A program made the translations under genes and the position numbers. A stretch of DNA of 64,000 nucleotides from Lingula anatina (lineage: Eukaryota; Animalia; Brachiopoda), in NCBI GenBank assembly GCA_051362555.1, contig CM120648.1, forward strand, positions 16,426,587 through 16,490,586. Direction: 5' to 3'. Positions 24,401 to 35,200 of this stretch are shown here, piece by piece. How positions within the stretch are numbered: position 1 is the stretch's first letter; each line of letters begins with the position of its first letter. Below the pieces are notes generated by a model. It was given only the letters and a program-made list of their open reading frames with translations. It did not search any database and had not been told where the DNA came from.

Positions 24401-25206
24401 GGATAGCTGTGCTGACTGGTCCTTTTGTCAGACACCGGTGTGCTCTTGCCGTAGAAAGTTGAAGTTTTTGTTTTTAGTTTGACAGTGTCAGATGTTATTT
24501 CAGTTGTGGTTATTGGTGATGTCATAGACGGTTGTGTTACTGGTGACGTCACCGATGATTGTGTCCTCGATATCCCGACTCTGGTGGAATTAGGTGAAAT
24601 GTACTTCCTCGTGCTTTTGTCCGACACTGGTGTAGTTGTGTAGTAGGAAGATGAAGATTCCATTGTAATTTTGTCAGATTTAGAAGTAATTTTGGTAGTA
24701 GGAACTGAAACTTTGCTACTTGCTGCGGTTTCCTCTGTGACGTGGTCGTAATGAGTGTCCGTGACGTAAGATGGGACGTCACGTGTGGTATTGTGTGCTG
24801 TGACGGTGACAGGGGAAGCTGCGGAGCTGTATTTGTCGCCATATGTGTTGTTCTTTAATACTTTATCAGTGTAGCCTTTGGTGTCATTAGCCGTGGCATT
24901 CTGGATGAAAACGGTGACATCTTCATCCGCTTCAATAAGGCTCTGAATGTCACCACTCTTAGACACGCTTTCAACTAGCGTTCTGTCTGCTTCCTGTTTT
25001 ATAGTGACCTTTGTCATTATTTGCTTATGTACCAGATCCCTGTTTAAAAGTGTTAAGCTCTTCAAAGCTTCTCTTTTATCGTGCGAAGCTGACGGTGATA
25101 CTGTTGTCAGAATCAGCTGTTGATTGGTCTCCTCCTTTGCTGTCGTGACGACTACAAAACAAGTCACAAACAGGAAATAAAAGTACATATTTGCCATTTG
25201 TGTCAT
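21491..25206 (-). CDS. Type I membrane protein, ~1156 aa: signal peptide, Ser/Thr mucin stalk, EGF-like, FN3-like, TM helix, ~620-aa disordered cytoplasmic tail
   Basis: Exon 1 (25206-23616, donor GTGAGT) splices in phase 1 to exon 2 (23370-21491), joining the 532-aa and 602-aa ORFs in frame (...AQ-F-VLDLDRT...KKMSRR). EGF CDGMCNQGQC...CECGKYFHGTFC; FN3-like VTLSGLKGGMVQYIICI; TM VAFYITGTLLVFVLVVIFLA. Confidence 0.8.
24117..24560 (-). repeat. Coding tandem repeat, 192-bp (64-aa) unit, ~2.3 copies, in the mucin stalk
   Basis: GTGGTTATTG(A/G)TGATGTCAT recurs at 24122, 24314 and 24506. Confidence 0.9.
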
Positions 25207-26546
25207 TCAACTGACGTAAGTTGCATATATTGAATGTAAATAACAGAATGGTGACACACACACAGCCTATGTGGATCCAGCGGTAATCATATCGCATAGT
25301 TATCCATGCTTACTGCGATGAATAATACAAATATACATCTACTGATAGTCACATATCATGGTTAAGGTGTAGTCCCAATAGTATCCTTTCTGGTTTGCAA
25401 TTTTTGTTATATACAGCAGTTTTGAACTACGTCAGCTTCGCTTTCATTTAGACGTAAGAATGACCTCGTGTTCTGAATTGTGTTGAGTGCAGTGCCATAT
25501 TTCACGTCGTATCCCAACCCGCTCAAGTTTGTGTAATTCTCCTCGCGGGAATGTTAAAGCGTGATGATGTGAATGACGATATAGCAAGATTAGATAATTT
25601 GTTATCTGTTGCCTGGTTGGGATTTAAACCATATGAATGGATTGTATGTGTGTGTGTGTGTGCGTGTGTGTGTGCCACACGCGTTTCCTCTACTAAGTTT
25701 CAGAGACACTTCATTTTCCACCGCCCTACCAAAAATAATGTACAGGCGAGAAGTAAGTACATGATAAATAGAGTGAAATATTCTCTTAGGGTTGACGTGA
25801 TATTATAGATAAGTTATATATTTATACATGTACAAGAATTGGACAGGGGCCTTACCCCAGTCTGAGTTTTGACTGACGTGGATGAAGAAGGGGGGAGGGG
25901 TCAATCCCCTTCAATCGAGAACCATTCACGGATCCTATTGACAGATTGTTTGGAATGCTTCAAGGTCAAATGTGTCAATGTTTGCTTACTGTATAAACAT
26001 TCTCTTGGGTAATAAATGCATTTTCAGTGTTCAGAGATCAAAATGATTAACATTTACACATATGTCATAATTGCGACAAATCGGTTTCTTAAACTTCTCT
26101 TTTACCTGAGTACCCACAATTACCGTTTTAATACTGATTTAATGACAAGATTTAGTACTCCAAAACCCTACCAGCAATATTTTTCTTGAAGCCTTAGGTC
26201 AGATTTTATCCTTGATAAAGCAAAATAATTATTAAATAAAAATCTGTAATACGAAGCTCGTAACTCCATAACAAAATCATTTAAACCACAATGACGGCAT
26301 GGGATTACAGCCTATACTCACCAGGTTTACTTTTACTTTGAGTTGCCTTTGCTTATACATTGCAACAAAAACATACTCTGTATAAACGCCAATATTTTAT
26401 ATTTTCGGGGTTTTTTTCATTGTTTTAAATCAGCACAAATAAAGATGCATTATTTAATAATTAGATGCAGTAAAAAACAATTTTCGGTATCTTGATGATA
26501 ATGAAGGTTTCAATAACCTTAATAAAGTAGTATGCTGGGCTTAGGA

Positions 26547-26581
<35 letters not shown>

Positions 26582-28076
26582 TAATCGAACTTTAATCGTA
26601 CATTAAGATGTCACAGTATGATCTATCAACCTAAAACTTGGCACAACAAACAAACCTCTTCTTTCAGCATTTTAAGGATGCTAGGTGCATTGATCATAAA
26701 TAATATGAACACGGAAAGTGCAAACGGAGAGTTCCACCGTCAAAATAAATCTCTGAAACTCAAGACTCTACTTGAAACGACAGATTCAGGATGATAATTT
26801 CGGTGAGTTTCCAGACATTTTTACCTACCTGACACTCCAGTGACAGGTTCTTCAGTTTAAGCGTTGACAGCACGTGCTTGGCCAAGTCCACATTCAATCT
26901 TACATAGACCAGGTCCACTGCTGTTCTTCTTTTCCTAAGGATGCTCAGTGGCACTCCCAGAGCACCCAGCTCCACTATCAATGCCGGACAATGCATGACG
27001 TCTCATTGTCCGCTCTAAATATTTAATTTGTCAGTTGGTGCGATACAGGAGATGCATTTGCGAAATATATTCTGGGGAGTGCGTCTCCAAACGAATGACT
27101 TCGCTCAAAATATAAACCATAACCAAAACACAGAAAACACGTGGATTCATATCTGCTGTTACGAACCAAGAAATACCAACGCTTAGGAGAACAATATGAA
27201 AGTAGTAGTTCCATGCTGCAGAAATATTTTCGAGGTCCCCAAGCAACAGAAGCATTTTAAATAACAGCGCTAGCGTCTATAATTTACGTTCGTGCATGTA
27301 GAAGACGACATTCCTCAATGTTAATGGACCTTACGGCTTATCTCCTACTTAACAAAGAGTTTATATGGTACACTGCGTTGTTTTACTTGCTTTACATTAT
27401 ATAATGTGCCTTGTGTTTGGTTATTTTGAGATAATAATCAGGTTTTTCGCGTTTCAAAATAAGTGTGATCATTTTTATCTGTTGATCTGGGCTAATAACA
27501 GCATATTTAAGTCTCAGCCTTAAAGTCGTTTATAAGCACGTTCATTTATTTTAATATATGGGTTATTTATTGTTTCATTATTTATATTATGGTAATTATA
27601 TTTATATTGCGTATTCTGTTTTAAGGAAACGGAGTCCCATTGCACCAGCTCTGTCTCATCTAGTTGTCTCAACTAAAACAGTGAACAGGGTGAAGGGTGG
27701 AAGGTCACATGTAGTTAAAGGGGAAAGAAAGATCGAATCAAGATTAATGTTGATTTAGTTGAACAGTCAGTGATCATTCCCGTATGTATTCCCATTATGT
27801 TTTGTTAAAAGGTTCTGTGAAAATAATGGCACTACTGAATATGAAAACGAGAAAATAAACCACACTCAAACACACTCACAGTTTGATTTTGATATAGCAT
27901 ATATATATATTTCAAATCTTACTAATGTGATTTTACTTTGCTTACATAATCAATGGGGCATTAAATTATTTTCAACATTGGTTAATCTTCGATTAAAAAC
28001 GTTTGGTTTATCAAAACAAATATTGAGGCCACGTATTATAATATTCTCACAGCCCGACCTGTTTTGAAACGTGTGC

Positions 28077-28113
<37 letters not shown>

Positions 28114-29159
28114 TAGTTTTTTCGAAGCGCTTTGTAAAATATTTCTAAATGCAAAGATGGTAAAGTAGACACTCACTACAAATGCTTTTAAAAACCATGT
28201 CATACTAGAAGTGAGACTTTCCTGTATGTTGATTTTGGCCCAGAGTCAACTCTACCCTAAGTGAAAAGTAAAGTGAAACGTAATCAGTTAGTATTTGATG
28301 TGGATTATTTATTTTACTTCTGCATTTTTACCAATCGTTTAGAAAGGCTGGAGTGAACGCATCCCCCCTCATCACGCCCCGTCCTAAGAGGTAATGCTAC
28401 TAGACCTTGAAATGTTTCTAAGGGGGAAATGCGCTTGACCAGCTGTCCACCTACTGGCTCAGCGATATGGTAACTTTTAAAACATTTCCGAACATGGAAC
28501 TGTAGTCTTACAGGTACTTGATTCAAACATCTGTCCTCACCCATATCTTATATCAATTTTAACTATAACTGATAATCTGTGCTACCCCGTTTTAATCGTA
28601 CTTCTATGCTAGATCAATATTTGCAATTACTATGCGAGGTTTTGTGTTGTTGAACTGAACACATATTTATACACGACTCTTATGTATGTCGCTAAAATTC
28701 CGTACTTCATTTGAAAGAAGGCCCTGGCTGGACCAGTTAAATAGACCACTGGATATGAAAAGGACCTTAATTCACTGGTTTATGTGTTTTTCCTTCCACA
28801 ATAATTGTCAGTAAGCGATCACTGGTTCCCTTCATTCTCATGCAGTGAAATGCACATACATCAATGTTTTCTCAACCACATTGGACAATGGGACCACAGA
28901 AAGTTTTTTTTTACTAGATTTTTATCTGGCTAATTGAATACGACTTTCTGTACTGTGTTTCACCCAGCTGGTATGGATTATGTATGTGCCCCGTATTTCA
29001 GGACAGAAAAGAAGTCTTATAGATTTTATGAATCATTCAATAAGTCCATTCAGCTTTGTAGGCTTTGGCAGGTTATGGGGTCAGGGGATTATTTATTTGC
29101 TTTTCGCTTTTTTCCCCTTCATGTTTTTATTGTCTTTGTTATCTGAAATCAAATGTGCA

Positions 29160-29405
29160 CAGCAATTGATCTGGATGTTTTAAAAGGGCGAATTAATTAC
29201 AGCAGCAATCGATCTGGATGTTTAAAAAGGGCGAATGTTTTACAGCAGCAATCGATCTGGATCTTTAAAAAGGGCGAATGTTTCACAGCAGCAATCGATC
29301 TGGATGTTTAAAAAGGCCAAATGTTTTACATCGGCAATCGATCTGGATGTTTTAAAAGGGCGAATTAATTACAGCAGCAATCGATCTGGATGTTTTAATT
29401 ACAGC
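29160..29405. repeat. Minisatellite, ~42-45-bp unit, ~6 copies
   Basis: Repeated CAGCAATCGATCTGGATGTTTAAAAAGGGCGAAT(G/T). Confidence 0.85.
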
Positions 29406-29689
29406 AGATACATTACTGAAAAAAAACAGAGAGAGGCAAAGAGAAACTTATATTTTGCCATGCTCACGCCTGGTAATTCTCCAGATCTGCTTTCTATCAC
29501 GCTTATGGCCGCCTGGTGCAACGCATGCACTTTTAGAAAACTCTAAAACTCTCTAAAATATGAATTAGGTATGACTTCTTTGTCTTTTCAGATAAGTTTC
29601 TAAAATATTTGTTGTTTTAATAAATCCCCTACACACATAAAGTATGAAGGAAATATACCGCTGCAGATGGACTGTGGTGTTACAAAAAG

Positions 29690-32240
29690 AAAACTTGTAC
29701 CGAAAAACGGGAAATTTGCCTTGAATGATTTGACATTGTGTAACTCAAGGCCAAGAGGTCGTTGCAAAGGCAGTCTTCTCAAAATAACTTCTCTGTATAT
29801 TAGTATATTCCATAGAAGTAAAATGTTGTATTTAACTGACCCTGACACCTGTAGGTAAAGATATGCAGAGTATGGAATCATTTTCTGTTTACCTGTAGAT
29901 GGGGATAAAAAGAAAGTTAATCTCTATAACCAAGATACACTGATCAGGGCATGGGAATGTATTGACATCAGAGCTGGGTGCCGTGATGCTCTTTGGAGAG
30001 AACGCACCGTGACAGATTAAATCTGTCTACGCTTATGGATGCAGAATGACATTGCCACAGTCGGTGAATGTCGAACATAATTATAACACTCTATCAACAG
30101 AGCAATAAATTCCGTAATGCCTTAAGCGTCAAAGATGTTTTGCCATATAACTTGCTAAGGTGGTTTTGTATCATGTTACAGACATACAGAAAGTTAGAAC
30201 CTAAATTTCACAGAAAATCACCCCCTAAAACAGAATAAAGAGTATATCGCAACGTAGCATAAGATCTATAGGTATGCATGGCATCTAGTACGCAATAGAC
30301 CTGTATTCAGCATATCATTAATTTTTTTGTAATTTTCCACATTTTGCTTTAAACCACCAAGAGACAAATTTACTTGTTTTTGTGTTAATTGCTTAGGTCT
30401 ATATTAATATTATCATTTTATGATGAAATACTACGCCTTAAAGCTTAATCAGGCTTTATGAATAAATAAGTAATTATCTCCAGCTTTTACCCACTTAAAC
30501 ATATCTAAGAAATGCACAGTATAACATATATATGAGGTAACTTGTTATATCCTTAACGCCTTAACAGCGGCAGTTGGGAAGTGTTTAGCCTTTGTAGTTT
30601 GGCAATACCCCGACACTTAAGATACAAGCACGGTTTGATGACGTTTTCTTGTGGCTGATCACAGCGCCTTAATTTTCAGTCTATAAGATGCAGGTCAATT
30701 GCCAACGCGCTTGAATAACTTTAAATGGTCTGTGTTTATTTTGAAGGTAATTTGATATTTATGAAAATCGTTCCTTCTTTTAAGAATGTATTAAAATCTT
30801 TATTTACACTCACATATTTTAACAAATTCAACTTTTTGGTTTCTATGATTTTATATGAAATTAGAGGAGACCGGAGCTAGTTGGGGTAATTCCCCACCCT
30901 TCCCCATCAATTTATAAAAAAAATATAACTATGGGGTAAAAAAATTCATCACATCATTTTGTAAAGTGACCGTATCCAATAATGCTAAGAAAGCGTCGGT
31001 CGTACAGAACTTTTATTTAGGCAGTGAGTCCACATGAAGGAATTTAGCATCTTAAAGTAACTTTATTAAAGAGATTATAAAATCTATTTTCATAAGCTTT
31101 TGATCGAATGTATACGTATAGGGCATCAGACTGAAGCTCATTGTTTCAAGTTTCACAGAAATGTATAATCGTTGTTCATTCTAGCATCATAAATGGCTAC
31201 AACCCTTTTAAATTAAAATGTGCAACACATTAACTATTTATTTATCAAAGCCTCTCAAAAATCAATTTAATAAATTTAAAATGTATTTAAATATTTTTCA
31301 AGGCGTTTAGATGGAATACTTACTTCATTTTCGTATAGGGCGCCAACTTGCCCTGACCCTGGGGCCAACTTGCCCCCCCCCCCCCCCCCCCGACGTCAAC
31401 TGTGTTTTTTTTTTTTTTTTTGTCAAATTGTGAGAAATCTGGCATTATATTAAAAAATAATGACGTTGCACACATAACTTAGTTCATGGGGCTTATTTGA
31501 AACCGGTTTTGTTACTCTAAATCATTCTTAGTGGGCTCTTCAAGGCCAAAAGTGTCTAACTGGGCCAACTAGCTCAGGTTTCCCCTATTATTATTATTAT
31601 TATACCATCTAGCCGACATCCACTCCCTACCAGGACCACAGATTGATCTTTGACACGATATTCACAGATTATTCTCTGGGGAAAAAGCATATAAATGCCA
31701 AATGTAGGTATTTATAACGCATCAGACCATCCTCACATTTTTATACCTTTGAGTTGATGGCAGGTATAATTATACTGGATTTGACAAGTACTAAGTTAAA
31801 AAAATATTAATACAGGTATAATCACTAAAACACTTCTATAATAGGTGTGTCAGTAATTATGGATGTGTATTTCTATACAAAGCGAGGTAGACCTATTTCT
31901 ACGATATTTACCTGAACGCGAGAGTAAACACAATATGACTACGTCACCAGACACCGAACAATGGGTATACCTACAGTATAAACCAGACATTTGCCAAGGT
32001 CGGGTCAGCGTCAGATAATAAACAGACGCCATGTTTCTGTTTTACTTTTAAAGTTTTTGGAAGGGAATAGAGGAAGTTTAAGGTTGCGGCTGTGAGGAGT
32101 TCAATAAAAGTATGCCGGAAAATCTGGCCTGGCATTAACCTACATTAAGGATACACTGAGTGTGTACTAACGCTACTATGGTCGCTATTAATCAAGCCAC
32201 AGCTCGAGGAGTCAGAAAAATTGAACAATCATTAACACTT
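29690..32240 (+). repeat. Paralogous 5'-flank/promoter block A (partner at ~50860-52315)
   Basis: Collinear similarity, e.g. 29760-29852 vs 50910-51003, 30590-30860 vs 51410-51660, 31600-32240 vs 51695-52315. Confidence 0.85.
30864..31585. mobile_element. Non-autonomous DNA transposon with TIRs and TA flanks
   Basis: TA|GAGGAGACCGGAGCTAGTTGG...CCAACTAGCTCAGGTTTCCCC|TA. Absent at the paralogous site near 51660. Confidence 0.75.
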
Positions 32241-32293
32241 AAGTATACAGCAGTGATTATTTTGTGTTGACAAACACCAAAGGTGTCTTAACC

Positions 32294-35200
32294 ATGAACA
32301 AGTTCTGCAAACACAGTTTGTCATGTGACAGTAAGCGTCTTTCTGCCTTGGTGTTTGGGTCATTTCAGCCTCGACATGTCCCCTTGCTGAAACTGATGGT
32401 GTGCTGTGTCAATGACATTCGAGATGAGGTCGAGGTGAGAATTAATCTATTCTTCAAGGGATTTTCTTTTTTCAAGTATGTTATGACTATATCCATAATT
32501 GCTAATAACTGTGTAAAGTAATTGGTCACTGTATTAAGTACCTTTATTTATCTTAATTCCTTCGAAGAACAATGTGCATTCTTTTTTAATTGTTCATTTT
32601 CAGGACATAGCCCAACACGTCATTTTGTTATCATATCCGTTGCCTTTATTTATGGATTTTTTTTCATTATCTATTGTTACACTCCCAAAGCTTATATGTT
32701 GCTGTTGAATGGTCATTTTTTGTTGGAATGTTGTAGAATGTGAGAAAAAAAGTAAAAGAATCTCTTCAAATGGAGATGTTAGCCCGGGGAAAGACGTTCG
32801 AATTATTAACTTGTGAGCATATTGAGAGTAAAGAAAAGGACTGCTATGACGTCAGCGTTTTGTTGGCCGGGTTTGAGACAGAGTGGAACATGCATGGAGA
32901 TTGTCCTAAAATGGTTAGTATTTATAAGTTATATTTTTCAATATTGCGCAACAAAAATAAGTAAACTATAGTAAGAAGGTCATTTTAGACTTAAACAGCA
33001 TGTACCCTGTATTGTAATGATCATGGCAGACTGGTATGCTATGTTAAAATTTCTTAGATAATGATAAAAATAATTATAACAAAAGAAGTTTAAAAAGACG
33101 CTTTTTATATTTTAGGTTATGAAGTATGAAAAATTGTTCAAAAACAAAACAGAATACATAAGGTATGCCTTGAACCCTAAAATGGCAGAGAAACTTGATG
33201 TGTTTGTCTTCAAGATACACATAAAGCAGGAAGTATCTGAGGATCAGGAAGAGGACATCAAAGCGCTGACATCCACTGAGTTTGACATCCACTGGAAGTT
33301 ACCAGTAAGTGAGTAGGCAGAAAACTTGGTTACTGTAATGTGATGATACATTATCATATTCTCAGTGTGATATTGTCTTTGTGTGCTATTATACAGACTT
33401 GACATTTAATATGGAATATTTCAGTTTCGAAGGTATACCTAGGTAAAAATACGTTCTTTTTTCAAAAAACTCCAATCTCATATAAGATTTGTGAATGTAA
33501 AAGTGTGCAGTCAGGTGTGTCACTACCAATTAACTGACTTTCATGCCTGTTGCGCTGCTACATTATGTAATTTGCAGTGATTTAATTGGGTAGTGTTCCT
33601 TTGGGCTGATCAAAGCTTGGCTTAGGCAAAGCTTGGTTCTGTCAAAAAAATATCCATATTTCGGCAACTACTGCATAGAAGAATTTGAAATTTTGCATGC
33701 AAGCGGTCAGTTTTGCAGTGCGTAAAATGAGCCAAGTAGTGCATTACAAATTTGTTAATCTAAGGCAGAATGGCGCGAAAAAGACAAACATAACCAGACA
33801 GATCATGGCGCCAAACGGAACGGTCCCCACAGTTTTATAGAGTAATGCCCAGACTGATGTACCTGCACAGAGGTGACCCCCAATGTCTCAAAATTTTACC
33901 TACAGGGTACAGGACCCACTGTCTTTCGGTATACGCTGCTGCAACTCAACAAAAAACACTTAGTCCGTTCAGAACGAGGGGTAAATTGCCACTAAAATGC
34001 ATTTTTCAAAGCCCTTAGCGAACACTAAACTGGTTTTAGCAGGTAAGTACACCAAATGACCTCCGAGGTACCCACTGTATACAGCAAAACATCGTCGTCT
34101 GTTTCTCTAATGAATTGGGGGCCATGAACGATTCTGGGTAGAACACTGAAACTGCGTGGTTTTCTTTATTGAGGTCAGATTTCACCTGTACCGCCCAATT
34201 AGTCAAAACAGAGTTTACAGATATCCAGAAGAGGCCTACGACGAAGCATATGCCGGGTCTAAAGTGACAAGGGTGATTGACAGCGTCAGTATTTGGAGTA
34301 GATTCCACATTGGTGCCAAAACACCAACGGTAGTCATCGACGAAAACCTGAACCAGATCAAATAAAGGAATAATCTCGGAACCATTTGACTATCATTTGA
34401 TAGGGGGCACCTTAGGAACAATTCTAGGTTGCACGATGAGGTTGCAGGTTCACACAGAGCACTTTTAATAGCAGATAACTTACAGAACCAAGGGAATGAG
34501 CAGCTACCCTGGTCATCAAAATCGCCACATTTGAACCACATAGACAATATTTCGGTAGACCATTACTCACCAATCAACTGCCTACATGTCCTACAACAAA
34601 ACTGGACCAGATTGGACAATTTTAGACCGATGCCTGAAATGCTATTCCAGATTGACCTCTTAAAACCTACCCCCAAGAAATGCCTTGCCGCTTGAGAGCG
34701 CTGGCAACAGCCACGAAGAGGCCAGGCGTAACAACGACCATTACTGTGACTAGCAACTGACATGAGGGTCTTTTGTGGAGCGTATTACCCTTTTACAGAC
34801 GATAATTTGGAAAATATGGAGATCTAAAATATCTCTTTTAATGGGAGTCGTATGACATGGAATAGGCAACGTGTTTTTGTTTGCTTCTCTGGCGAATTCC
34901 ATTAATGAACTGATGTCACAATGACATCAAAGAGATAATTTAAAGTTATTAAAACACGATTTTAATCCTTATTTTCATTTATCAGTCAGCTAAATAGGAA
35001 AAAACTGATAAAAAATTATTTCGAAAAAAATATTCCATATTAAATGTCAAGTCTGTAGTTACTGTTACAGTATACAATTAGTGCATCTATTGGCGTGGTT
35101 TAACTCCGAGCTTCGGCATCGTTCAGTTATCCCAACCTTAGGATGAACCTAGAGTAGTAATGATCAAAGTACAAAGCATGTATCCCCTTTGATTCATGTT

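Noticed and set aside
26760-27255. Short minus-strand ORFs, one signal-peptide-like and one ending at a CAG|GTAGGT donor
   Set aside because: They cannot be joined into a stop-free model and show no recognisable domain; at most a decayed or non-coding exon.
29160-29405. Regularly spaced repeats superficially like a CRISPR array
   Set aside because: The intervening sequences are themselves repeated, there are no cas genes, and the context is eukaryotic; it is a minisatellite.
34156-34695. ORFs inside the death-fold gene intron as extra exons
   Set aside because: They are broken Tc1 transposase pieces inside TIRs.
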